DNA of 64,000 nucleotides from a bacterium (GTDB lineage: Bacteria; UBA8248), in contig CBDBEV010000001.1 of the NCBI GenBank assembly GCA_965204535.1, positions 1,696,001 through 1,760,000 of the forward strand. Direction: 5' to 3'. Below are positions 10,690 through 20,152 of this stretch, one piece after another (the stretch's first letter is position 1; each line of letters begins with the position of its first letter). The notes below the pieces were generated by a model. The model was not told the origin of the DNA and searched no databases. It worked only from the letters and a program-made list of their open reading frames with translations. The position numbers and the translations under genes were made by a program.

Positions 10690-10880
10690 CTTAGCGCTCC
10701 CATTTTAGCACGCACGGCGCGGGGTCAAGGGTGCTTTTGCAAAAAACGCAAAAGCATCTTTTTTCAGAAAAAATCGGTGAAACGTGGATTTTTTCCGCTG
10801 CGCGCCCTCCGGGTGAAAAAAGACTGAAAACCGCCCCTGACGCCCACGCCTAGCACGTGCTGAAAATGGGACGCTAAGAA
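10690..10880 (+). promoter_or_regulatory. Long imperfect stem-loop, ssi/Frpo-like single-strand promoter candidate
   Basis: CTTAGCGCTCCCATTTTAGCACG pairs with CGTGCTGAAAATGGGACGCTAAG; lies just upstream of mobile-element genes. Confidence 0.5.
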
Positions 10881-10914
10881 GCGCATCCGTTAACTCTCTG
10901 GAAAGGAGAAAGGC

Positions 10915-11289
10915 ATGGAAACCACCGTGGTGAACCTGAACGACTACGTTGCTCCCCAGTTCGGAGGCGGCTTGCTGGTCAGGATCGACCGGGCGACGAA
11001 GTGGGGAAACCCCTTCCGGGTCGGCAAGGACGGCTCCCGCAGCGAGGTCATCGAGAAATACCGGCGATGGCTGTGGGGAAAAATCCAGCGCGAGGAGCAG
11101 GACCTCCATGAACTCGCCGACCTGCAAGGCTGCGAGCTCGGCTGCCACTGCCATCCCCTGCCGTGCCACGGCGACGTACTCGCGCGTGCCGCCGAGTGGG
11201 CAGCCAGGTATCTCGACGAGATGCCGAAAGAAGTGGGGCGCAACGAGCGTGGCTACGCTCTTCCCGAATTCAACCATCCCCTCGCTTGA
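10915..11289 (+). CDS. DUF4326 domain protein
   Basis: IDRATKWGNPF...R.EVIEKY...L.GCELGCHCHPLPCHGDVL motif; AGGAGA SD. Confidence 0.85.
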   Translation: METTVVNLNDYVAPQFGGGLLVRIDRATKWGNPFRVGKDGSRSEVIEKYRRWLWGKIQREEQDLHELADLQGCELGCHCHPLPCHGDVLARAAEWAARYLDEMPKEVGRNERGYALPEFNHPLA

Positions 11290-11310
11290 GGACAACGAAA
11301 GGAGTGAACG

Positions 11311-12264
11311 ATGACCGCCACCGAGACACACAAGGAGATGATCATGCACGAGGTTGACACCATCGAAGCGCAGAACGAATCCTTCACCGCCATGGTATGC
11401 GAACAGGCAGCACTCTTCGGCGCGACCCCCGGCCCCGACGAGTTCGACAACCGGCCCGTCTGGGGCGAGGCGGAGTCCACCGCCGCCGTCCTCAAGGCCT
11501 TCGGCGCACTCGCGGAAGCCGCACCCGACGGAACGCAACTCGCGGATGAGCGGGCGAGCCTCCTGTGGGGCTTCGTCAACACCCTCGACGCCCAGACCCA
11601 GCGCCTCGACCGCGCCGCCGACAAGCTCATCCCCGGCATCCGTGAAATGCAGCGCGAGCAGGACGGCTCCGAGATCAGGTCCCGCGAACTTGAACTCGCC
11701 ACCGATCGGGCCGAGAATCTCACCGCCCGCCGCGACGCCTTCGAGGTGCTGCGCGACACGGCCGCCGAGGCCTACCGCGTCGAGACCGGCGAGGTATGGC
11801 GGCCCAGGCGAGGATCGCACGTCTCACAGACCGGCAAGCTCACATCGGCGGTGATCGAGGCGCGGGACTTCCAGCGCGCGAGAAAGGACCGCGAGAACAC
11901 CGCCCACCTCCCCCAGGGAACCCTCGTCGCCGTCGCGGGCGGCAAGGAAGCCACCGACGCCGGCAGGATCATCGGCCAGCTCGACAAGCTGAAAGCCAAG
12001 TACGCCGACGTCGTCCTCGTCCACGGCGGCGGCCCGGGTGCGGAGAAGGTTGCAGCCGGCTGGGCCGAGCGCAACGGCGTCCACCAGGTCGTCTGCAAGC
12101 CCGACTGGGACGCCCACGGCAGGGCCGCTCCCTTCAGGCGCAACGACGAGTTGCTCTCCCTCCTCCCCAGGGGCGTGATCGCGTTCCCGGGTTCGGGCAT
12201 CACCGACAACCTCGTCGACAAGGCCCGAAGCCTGGGCATCCCCGTTCAACGCGTGGCCGCCTGA
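11311..12264 (+). CDS. DUF2493 (YspA/SLOG-related) domain protein of conjugative elements
   Basis: VAVAGG...LVHGGGPGAE...AAPFRRNDELL...IAFPGSGITDNL SLOG-like motifs. Confidence 0.8.
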   Translation: MTATETHKEMIMHEVDTIEAQNESFTAMVCEQAALFGATPGPDEFDNRPVWGEAESTAAVLKAFGALAEAAPDGTQLADERASLLWGFVNTLDAQTQRLDRAADKLIPGIREMQREQDGSEIRSRELELATDRAENLTARRDAFEVLRDTAAEAYRVETGEVWRPRRGSHVSQTGKLTSAVIEARDFQRARKDRENTAHLPQGTLVAVAGGKEATDAGRIIGQLDKLKAKYADVVLVHGGGPGAEKVAAGWAERNGVHQVVCKPDWDAHGRAAPFRRNDELLSLLPRGVIAFPGSGITDNLVDKARSLGIPVQRVAA

Positions 12265-12302
12265 TGTGAACACTCCTCGGGTCGCGTCGTCGTCGCCCGG
12301 CG

Positions 12303-14084
12303 GAGACTGTGAGAGTATTGGATTTCACAGTCTCCGGAACAGGGCTCGCTTACGCTTGCAGCCCGATGGCCGGACACTGTCTTCAACTTCGGGAGCAACA
12401 ACACCGCAGAGCCGGGAGAGAAACGTCTCGGCGGCCGGTCAGCTCGGGGTCGCGGTCAAGTCCTCGAAGAATCGGCTTCAAGTTCACACGCCATTCGTCC
12501 CCAACCGCTGTTTTTGCAGACAATGCTCCACAAATGCAGCTCCGCCCAGCACACGCATGACCCGCTTGAAGTTGTAACCCAGCGTCATCAGGCTGAATTC
12601 GCCGCGGCATTTGCCGAGTCCGCGCATCACAAAATGATCCATCCCCGCCCAGCGCTTGATCGTACCGAATGGATGTTCGACGAGTGTGCTTCGCCCGCGC
12701 ATCAATGGCACACGGGCGTTCATCTTCTTGCGATGCCGGTCCACCACGTCCTCATGCTCCCAGCGTTGTATCCTGCGCGTCGATCTCGACTTTGTCAGGC
12801 ATCGGCCCGACAACGAACAGTCCCGGCAAACCGCCGCCGTCCCGCGATAAAAGTAATACAGCCTGCCCCTGACGGTGGTCGTGCCGCCTCGAACCAGACG
12901 CTCTCCGGCCGGACAGACATACGTGTCATCCTGCGCATCGTAACGGAATTCATCGCTGCCGAATCGTCCGTCCTTGCCCTTGCGGGCCGTCTGGTTCGGT
13001 ATCGGAACATACACCTCCATTCCCTTGTCTTCGCAACTCTTCAACTGTGCGCCGTTGAAGTAGCCCGAATCCGCCAGGCCGACCAGGCGTTCGCTGCCCA
13101 TGGCTTCGCCGGCTTTCGTCATCATCGGCTCCAACTGAGCGGAGTCATTGCCGTCCTGCACCACATCCTCCGCGACAATCAGCTTGTGCTTGTCGTCCAC
13201 CGCGATCTGGCAGTTGTATCCGCCCACCATTATATCGCCGTTCCTCAGAAGTCGAGCATCTGCATCGACCCCCGATACCTGACGCTCTCCGCTTTCCTGC
13301 AAATGCTCTTGCAGTGCCTTCTTCTTTTGTTGCCTCTCGATCAAGGCCTTGAGCTTCACCGGCAGGTCCGGATCCTCCGAACCGTCCCCACACTCCTCCC
13401 CGCGCGCATCCGCCTCGTCCAACTGCCGGTGATACGCCGCAATCCTCTTCTCCAAACGCCTCAGGTCCCTTGCCAGGGACCGCTTGGTTTGGAAGCTGTC
13501 CAGGTTCGCATCGGCCTTCAAAAAAGTCCCGTCGACCGCCACCCGGCTGCCGCCCAGCAGCGAGAGTTCGCGGCACAGCAGCACGAACTCCCGGTTGGCC
13601 TCCTGCAGCGCAGCCACATTGTTCTTGCGAAAATCCGCAATCGTCTTGTAGCTCGGCGTCGCACCCTGGCACAGCCAGATCACTTCCAGATTGCGCCGCG
13701 TCTCCGCTTCGAGACGGCGCGAACTCCGTACCCGGTGCTGGTAGCCGTACAGATACAGCTTCAGCAGCAGCGCCGGGTCGAAAGCCGGCTGACCGGCGCC
13801 GCAGTTCGCTTCGGCATGCGCGAACCCCAGCGCCTCCAGGTCCAGCGTGCCGACGAACGCATCGATCGCGCGCACCGCATTGTGCTCGGACACGTAGTCG
13901 TCCAGACACGGCGGAAGCAGCATCATCTGGCTTCGGGACTGCACCTCCTGATAACGTCTCTCGGACATGGTGGTGACCCTTTATGTGGTTATCTCACTCA
14001 CCGGTAAAGATAGCATGTACAGACAACCCGGGCATCGCTCGCCAGCGTCACCCACCAGAATCGTGGGAATACTTTCACAGTCTC
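12303..14084 (-). mobile_element. Complete IS1182-family insertion sequence
   Basis: 17-bp terminal IRs GAGACTGTGA(G/A)AGTATT with one mismatch; 12-bp direct repeat CGTCGCCCGGCG at 12291-12302 and 14085-14096. Confidence 0.9.
12484..13968 (-). CDS. IS1182-family transposase
   Basis: LLKLYLYGY...SSRRLE, PSYKTIADFR, VAVDGT, ADSGY, VEHPFGTIK DDE motifs. Confidence 0.92.
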   Translation of the reverse strand: MSERRYQEVQSRSQMMLLPPCLDDYVSEHNAVRAIDAFVGTLDLEALGFAHAEANCGAGQPAFDPALLLKLYLYGYQHRVRSSRRLEAETRRNLEVIWLCQGATPSYKTIADFRKNNVAALQEANREFVLLCRELSLLGGSRVAVDGTFLKADANLDSFQTKRSLARDLRRLEKRIAAYHRQLDEADARGEECGDGSEDPDLPVKLKALIERQQKKKALQEHLQESGERQVSGVDADARLLRNGDIMVGGYNCQIAVDDKHKLIVAEDVVQDGNDSAQLEPMMTKAGEAMGSERLVGLADSGYFNGAQLKSCEDKGMEVYVPIPNQTARKGKDGRFGSDEFRYDAQDDTYVCPAGERLVRGGTTTVRGRLYYFYRGTAAVCRDCSLSGRCLTKSRSTRRIQRWEHEDVVDRHRKKMNARVPLMRGRSTLVEHPFGTIKRWAGMDHFVMRGLGKCRGEFSLMTLGYNFKRVMRVLGGAAFVEHCLQKQRLGTNGV

Positions 14085-14354
14085 CGTCGCCCGGCGGCGG
14101 CGCGGCCCGTCGCTTCTCCTGATTGCTCCGCTCGCCTCCTCCCGCTCACTCGCCGCGGCGGCTTCCGCTCGCCATCCTCTCCGGCGAAAATTCCCCTGTC
14201 GTTCGTTCCCAAGAATCCGCCGTTAGCCGCCCTTCGGCGCTTCGGATTTCACACCGGACGCATCGCTGATGCAGGTGTCGCGTTGGTGCGGCTGCCTGCG
14301 ATATGCTTTGAAAATTCGCATCCCCGGGTATTCCTGTCGCGCCGAAAAAAGTAA

Positions 14355-14497
14355 TACCAATCTGGTAGCACTCGAACCTTTTGAAATCATTTCACTTAGA
14401 GAATCGCGTATGCTCATGTAATACGGGGAGTTCCTAAAAGATACCAGATTGGTAGTACACGGAGGCGCGCTGCGCTATGATGGCTACCATTTTGGTA
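14355..14497. promoter_or_regulatory. Three TACCA-N3-TGGTA palindromic sites
   Basis: Sites at 14355-14367, 14442-14454 and 14485-14497; the first two are exact inverted copies. Confidence 0.55.
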
Positions 14498-14628
14498 GTT
14501 CATGAAACGGCGTCACGGGCATCGTTTTTGGGCCCGATGCGGGTGTGTTTGGTGCAGGAAATGAGAATTTTGCGGTCGTTTTGCGACCGGTACGGATGAA
14601 AATCTTGTTGAGAGGAGCGGCGAAACGG

Positions 14629-14970
14629 ATGGTTCAGACGATACAGAAGAACATCAGGGTCACGCCCGAACAGTGGAAACGAATTGAAAATGAGGCCGAA
14701 AAGCGCGAAATGTCGCCCAACCGACTGGTGGTAGAGCTCGTGATGGAAGCCCTGGAGCGCCGCGAATGGCCCCGCACAGAGGCCGAAATCCATCTGTTGC
14801 GCTCTGCGATGTTCACCGCGCAGGCCATCATCCGCGACATGGAGAGGACCGGACGAGAGGAAGAAATTGAGCAAATCAGCAGGAATATTTCCGAAGTCGC
14901 GCCCGAATTGCCCGACAAATTAACGAAAGACCCACAAAATCGGGCGGATTCGCAGAACGGCGATGTATGA
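14629..14970 (+). CDS. Ribbon-helix-helix-like DNA-binding protein (relaxosome accessory type)
   Basis: MVQTIQKNIRVTPEQWKRIENEAEKREMSPNRLVVELV fits a beta-alpha-alpha RHH pattern; GAGGAG SD. Confidence 0.6.
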   Translation: MVQTIQKNIRVTPEQWKRIENEAEKREMSPNRLVVELVMEALERREWPRTEAEIHLLRSAMFTAQAIIRDMERTGREEEIEQISRNISEVAPELPDKLTKDPQNRADSQNGDV

Positions 14971-15367
14971 GTCGGCTTCCTCAGGGGAAGTGGTCAGCTG
15001 GATTAAACCAAAGTTCATTGGCGAAGACGGTCATCGATAACTCACGCTACACGGATATCTAAACTGCATTCCGAATAACTATTATAAGGTATGTTGGCTC
15101 CTTTTCTGTCTGCATTAACTAGGGCAATTTACGGAAAACAGGTAGCGTTGGGCGAACCAAGTGCGGTATCTTCGATATACGGTGCTAAGTAGTAAGTAAT
15201 AAAAGATATTGTATCATGTTGCGTTCATCTGGCGGTTTAGAATCTGTCTGTGTATTCAACTAGTGCTTGAATCGACTCAGCAAAGCAAAAGACTCAAGGT
15301 TGTCGGATGGGAGGGCAGCTTGATAAGTCCAACACGACGAATAAATTGTTAAAATTATTGATGGGCT

Positions 15368-16774
15368 ATGGCCATGCCACTTTCTAGCGCTGAAAAAAAA
15401 AGTGATCAGGCACGGCCTGTCGTTCAATTAACCCAAGAATGGGGAGATTGGAGCAGTGTTTCACTCTACCTCGATCGGTGCCGCGTAGATACACCCTTGC
15501 ATTTAATTGAGGCAATATGGGCACACGTTAAGAATCTTCGTAGAACTGTTGGGAAAGTCCTAGATTTTGGAGCAGGTGACGGGCGATTTTCCCGAGGCGG
15601 AGTTTACGGTGAATACATTGGGTATGAAATTGATGACTCACTCTGTCAGAATTCAATCTTGCCAGACAACGCGAAATTACTGAATCAATGTGCATTTTCT
15701 GATGAAATATCCGACGCAGATCTTTGTATTGGGAACCCTCCATATGTGAGAAATCAGGATCTTCCCACTGGATGGCGGCAATATGTTTCAGAGATACTAC
15801 AACGAAGATCTGGAGTTGCTGTTTCTGGTCTGGCTAATGCGTGGCAATATTTCTTTCTTCATGCTTTGACCTCGTTGAAAGATGATGGGCTATGTGTACT
15901 AGTAATTCCATATGAATGGGTATCACGTCCATCAGCCAAGGCCCTGCGGGACTATATCCATGAGCATGGCTGGAACGTAAAAGTCTATCGTTTGGTTGAT
16001 TCGAGTTTTGACAACGTTCTAACCACCTCTTCCATTACAATTGTCGACAAAGCCAAATCAGATGGAAAGTGGGAATATTACGAAGAAACTTCGGCTGGAC
16101 GCTCTATCCCAATAAAATCCCCAAGTGGCTCAAAAGCTGAGGTGTTAGATTATCTTTGTAAGAGGGACATTCCCCGAAACACCCCTTTGGCAAAAAGAGG
16201 TTTGAGTCCTGGAACGCAAAAAGTTCTTACCCTTACTGAGGGTGAGCGCGTAAGAAACGGACTCGTTATCGATCTGGATGTCGTGCCTTGTGTAACCAGT
16301 TTGAGAAACTTATCTGCGGATATCAAAGAACTTAGCGATGAAATCTTTCGACTCTATTATCGCGATCAGGGTCGGAAGTGTTGGTTAATTCGAACAGACA
16401 AAGAGGTGAGTCCCGCATTACGCCTTTACCTTGATGCAGTTCCCGAGTCGAACTATCAGACAGCGACATGTCTTGGGCGCGAAGAATGGTGGAAATTCAC
16501 CATGCCGTCTGTACCATCCATGCTGATTGCACAAAGCTTCAAGGGCAAATTCCCCAAAAGAGTATACAATCAGGTAAAAGCACGAGCAGTAGGTAGCGTG
16601 TGCGGAATCTATAATGTAAACAAGGGGCAAGCTCAGCGAATTGCTCACGGTTTGGGTATTTCCGATCTACGTAATCAAGTTGTTGCCCATGCTAACGGGT
16701 TTTATAAAATCGAAATCAACCAGTTAAACTTTCTGCTTCAACGGGAATTTGGAGCATTAGAGGCCTATGAATAA
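15368..16774 (+). CDS. N6-adenine DNA methyltransferase, gamma-class (Eco57I/TaqI-like)
   Basis: Motif I VLDFGAGDG precedes motif IV GNPPY; C-terminal TRD-like region. Confidence 0.85.
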   Translation: MAMPLSSAEKKSDQARPVVQLTQEWGDWSSVSLYLDRCRVDTPLHLIEAIWAHVKNLRRTVGKVLDFGAGDGRFSRGGVYGEYIGYEIDDSLCQNSILPDNAKLLNQCAFSDEISDADLCIGNPPYVRNQDLPTGWRQYVSEILQRRSGVAVSGLANAWQYFFLHALTSLKDDGLCVLVIPYEWVSRPSAKALRDYIHEHGWNVKVYRLVDSSFDNVLTTSSITIVDKAKSDGKWEYYEETSAGRSIPIKSPSGSKAEVLDYLCKRDIPRNTPLAKRGLSPGTQKVLTLTEGERVRNGLVIDLDVVPCVTSLRNLSADIKELSDEIFRLYYRDQGRKCWLIRTDKEVSPALRLYLDAVPESNYQTATCLGREEWWKFTMPSVPSMLIAQSFKGKFPKRVYNQVKARAVGSVCGIYNVNKGQAQRIAHGLGISDLRNQVVAHANGFYKIEINQLNFLLQREFGALEAYE

Positions 16775-19040
16775 TTCGTCATTGGCGACACAAAACCTGC
16801 TCGATAAGGGAACACTGTCATTCACGATTGAGAGCAGGATTCTCCGCGAACTCGGTGAACGCCTTGTCAAGCAGCCGGAAGTTGCTGTGGTTGAACTGGT
16901 CAAGAATTCCTATGACGCAGATGCATCAAAGTGCGTGGTGGCTTTCAACTCTCCAGAATCGGTCACTGTTTCAGATGACGGAATTGGAATGACGCTGGAC
17001 CGCTTTATCGAAGGTTGGATGCGGATCGGGACTTCTTCTAAAGAAGAATCAGTTGTTAGTGAAAAATTTGTCCGGCTTATAACAGGTGAAAAAGGTATCG
17101 GGCGCTTCGCGGTGCGTTTTCTTGGCCGGGAACTAAAATTAGAATCTATTGCTGACGATCCTGACAGAGGAGTTCGTACTCTGTTGACGGCCAATTTTGA
17201 TTGGCCGAACTTTGACCGAAATGAAGATCTTGGACAAGTGCAGGTTCCCTATGAACTCGTTAAGGTAGAAAAGACTACTGGGACTGGGACTAAATTAGAG
17301 ATAACTCGTCTTCGGTCGGTAACAAATCGGCTTAATCTGAATACAATTCGAACAGGCTCAATCGGTATTTTGTCCCCACTACGTTCCCTTTTCCGAGAAA
17401 TGTCAGCTGGCGCTAACGTTAAAATCCGAGATAGGTTTTCTGATCCAGGTTTTACGTTGGAGCTAAAGACTGAAGATTCTTCTGATGAGATTGACGACGT
17501 TGCGTCCCAAATTCTCAATTCGTTCGTTTTGCGTGCATGGTTGAGTGTAAACAAAAATAAAATTAATCTAAGAATTTATTGTCGCAACTCGAAAAAGCCA
17601 TATCTTGAAATTACAGACTCTTATCCAAATGAAATTGGAAAGCTTAACGCGGATATACGATTTTTCCCCCGCCGCGCGGGAACATTCACAAACATGCCTC
17701 TTGATGGGCGACGCGCGCAACGTTGGATAACCAATAATCATGGTGTTGCTGTTTTCGATCGGAATTTCCGTGTCCCGCCTTATGGATACCGAGGAAACGA
17801 TTGGTTACAACTTCAGGCAGATGCTGCCCGCAACCGCCGAGACCCACGGTCCGAGTTGGCTAAAAAGCACTTTCAAATGACACAACCCGTTAAGTCCGAT
17901 ACTTCACTAAATTGGATGTTGCGGCTTCCGCAGTCACTCCAACTCGTGGGGCTTGTGCAAGTCCAAGCTCATCGAAGCAAGGTATCTGATACTCAACAGG
18001 ATGAAATGAGATTGATTGCGTCAGCCGATCGCCAAGGGTTCGTTGAAAATACTGCATTTGAACAGCTTCAAGATCTTGTCCGTGGGGCCGTAGAGGCAAT
18101 CGCGTTCGTTGACCGTCAACTGCAAATAAAAGAAGAAGAAGCAGAACATCGGGCACAAGTAGCGGCGATCCAAGAGCAAACAAAAGCAGCAATCTCGGAA
18201 TTGGAAGCCAACCCTGGTATATCTGCTCGAGCTAAAGCACAACTCATTGGTGTTTTAGCTGAAACACAGCGCATGGTAGAAAAGCAAGAGGAGAGTTCCA
18301 AGGAGCGTGAACAACAATTGGAAGTCATGAGTCTCCTAGGTGTTGTTGCCGGGTTTATGACCCATGAATTCGACGCTGCATTAAAGAAGCTAGAACAAAC
18401 TCACAAAGAATTACTCAAGATAGCTAATACAACTCCGAAGTTTGGGGAAGCAGCCAATCAGTTTTCTCTTCGGATTAAGCAGTTGAAAGAGTTTGTGACT
18501 TACTCAAAGGGCTATATCCAAGGTGCTCGTGTAGCACCTGCAAAACCATATCCAGTAAGACCTCGGCTTCGCCAAGTTCAGCGAGTTTTCGGAAAGTACG
18601 CAGAGGATCGCAACATCCAAGTTCAAATCATGGCAGACGCTGAGTTGATAGCACCGCCAGTACCGGTTTCGCTTTACAATGGTCTTGCACTTAATCTCTA
18701 TACGAACGCCTTGAAGGCCGTCACGGCTAAGTTAGGAAGACGGCAAGGAAAAATTGCATTCCGTGCTTGGAACGATGGTCGGTGGCACTATCTTGAAGTA
18801 TCAGACACGGGGATCGGCATACCATCTGCATTACGGGAGAGAGTATTCGACCCACTTTTTACCACAACCGATTCTCGTAATGACCCAATGGGTTCCGGAA
18901 TGGGACTCGGTTTAGCTCTCGTGAAGCGCGGCGCTGAGGCATTCGGCGGAAATGCCAGTGTGGTCGACCCTCCAGGAGAATTTTCAACTTGTGTTCGTGT
19001 TCGCTTGCCTTTAGCTACGAAAGAGACCCAGCATGAATAA
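16767..19040 (+). CDS. MORC/MutL-type GHKL ATPase fused to a C-terminal histidine kinase
   Basis: N-terminal ELVKNSYDA, DDGIGM, GEKGIGRFA, GTKLEI; coiled coil; H-box FMTHEF, N-box NLYTNA, DTGIGI, FDPLFTT, GSGMGLGL; no transmembrane segment. Confidence 0.88.
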   Translation: MNNSSLATQNLLDKGTLSFTIESRILRELGERLVKQPEVAVVELVKNSYDADASKCVVAFNSPESVTVSDDGIGMTLDRFIEGWMRIGTSSKEESVVSEKFVRLITGEKGIGRFAVRFLGRELKLESIADDPDRGVRTLLTANFDWPNFDRNEDLGQVQVPYELVKVEKTTGTGTKLEITRLRSVTNRLNLNTIRTGSIGILSPLRSLFREMSAGANVKIRDRFSDPGFTLELKTEDSSDEIDDVASQILNSFVLRAWLSVNKNKINLRIYCRNSKKPYLEITDSYPNEIGKLNADIRFFPRRAGTFTNMPLDGRRAQRWITNNHGVAVFDRNFRVPPYGYRGNDWLQLQADAARNRRDPRSELAKKHFQMTQPVKSDTSLNWMLRLPQSLQLVGLVQVQAHRSKVSDTQQDEMRLIASADRQGFVENTAFEQLQDLVRGAVEAIAFVDRQLQIKEEEAEHRAQVAAIQEQTKAAISELEANPGISARAKAQLIGVLAETQRMVEKQEESSKEREQQLEVMSLLGVVAGFMTHEFDAALKKLEQTHKELLKIANTTPKFGEAANQFSLRIKQLKEFVTYSKGYIQGARVAPAKPYPVRPRLRQVQRVFGKYAEDRNIQVQIMADAELIAPPVPVSLYNGLALNLYTNALKAVTAKLGRRQGKIAFRAWNDGRWHYLEVSDTGIGIPSALRERVFDPLFTTTDSRNDPMGSGMGLGLALVKRGAEAFGGNASVVDPPGEFSTCVRVRLPLATKETQHE

Positions 19041-20136
19041 GGTCAAATCGGCGATTTTGGTAATCGACGATGATGAAAAGAGTCTCAAAGGGCTCTCTGC
19101 TCTTTTGAAAAATCTGCTCCCAGATGTTGTTGTTAATTCATGGCAACCAACAGAAAAAGATGCTTCGCCAGCGGAGGCTTTTGAAAAACACCTCGGTAAT
19201 AATACGGAACTAGTTGTTACAGACTACGACTTGACGACAACCGTGAAGGGTCTATTTGGCTTGAGCGTTGTAGGGTGGTGTCAACATCGGACAATCCCCG
19301 TCGGTGAATTTGCGCGGATTAATGTTGACGCACTCCCGAAGGAACCCAGCCTTTTTGAGCTTCGGGTTCCCACGGATGAAGAAGAGGCTGCAAAATTTAT
19401 AGCGAACACATTCGAAGGTTTTAGAGAAGTTCGAACAAGCATTGAGCGCAACCCTACGTTAATTTCTGAAGGTCGAAGCTTATCAGCCGTGTTATCAGTG
19501 TTGCTGGAACGTCCTCATTTGGAAAGTCAATTCGCAGCATATATGTCTCGGCTTGGTTCGACAAACTCCGCGCTCCTCGAAATTCTTAAAAGTTTTGCCA
19601 ACAGGAAAGATAAGCAAAATGACGACGAAAAGCTTAAACTCTTAACTTACGTGTTGGGACATGTCTTGGTGAATTCTGTGTTGAAATATCCAGGACCTAT
19701 TCTGTCCGAAGAAGTCCTGTGCGCTTACCTTACGACCGAGGGAGAAGCAATCGATGCAGTGAAAAATTGCTTCGAGGAGGCTAGGTATAAGGGGCCGTTT
19801 GGTCAGGTAGGCCATTTATACTGGCGAGATGAAGTAGATGTTATTCTAGATGACTTGGCAACAACAATTGAAAATATTGATGAAGAAGTCTTCGATTCCT
19901 TCGGTGAATATAACCGCTACATTATAGAAAGTGCCTTGAAAATTGATCTTCCACCACATCAATGTGATCGATGCAAAGGTAGAAAAGGCGGATTCTGGTG
20001 TCCTTTCACAAAACGTCCCATCTGTGAACGCGCCGACTGTTCAGTACCTGCGAGTAGTTGGATTCCTTCAGGAGCGCAACTCTGTCGAGTAGAACGAGAT
20101 TATTACGACGAGTGGGCACCTCTTCTTGGTTTGTAG
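19033..20136 (+). CDS. Atypical response-regulator receiver protein with Cys-rich C-terminus
   Basis: ILVIDDDE and VVTDYDL phosphoacceptor motifs; C-terminal CDRC...CPF...CERADC...LC; no recognisable HTH output domain. Confidence 0.75.
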   Translation: MNKVKSAILVIDDDEKSLKGLSALLKNLLPDVVVNSWQPTEKDASPAEAFEKHLGNNTELVVTDYDLTTTVKGLFGLSVVGWCQHRTIPVGEFARINVDALPKEPSLFELRVPTDEEEAAKFIANTFEGFREVRTSIERNPTLISEGRSLSAVLSVLLERPHLESQFAAYMSRLGSTNSALLEILKSFANRKDKQNDDEKLKLLTYVLGHVLVNSVLKYPGPILSEEVLCAYLTTEGEAIDAVKNCFEEARYKGPFGQVGHLYWRDEVDVILDDLATTIENIDEEVFDSFGEYNRYIIESALKIDLPPHQCDRCKGRKGGFWCPFTKRPICERADCSVPASSWIPSGAQLCRVERDYYDEWAPLLGL

Positions 20137-20152
20137 CGTCCGGACCATTCTC

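Noticed and set aside
12514-14007. 497-aa plus-strand ORF
   Set aside because: Antisense shadow of the IS1182 transposase
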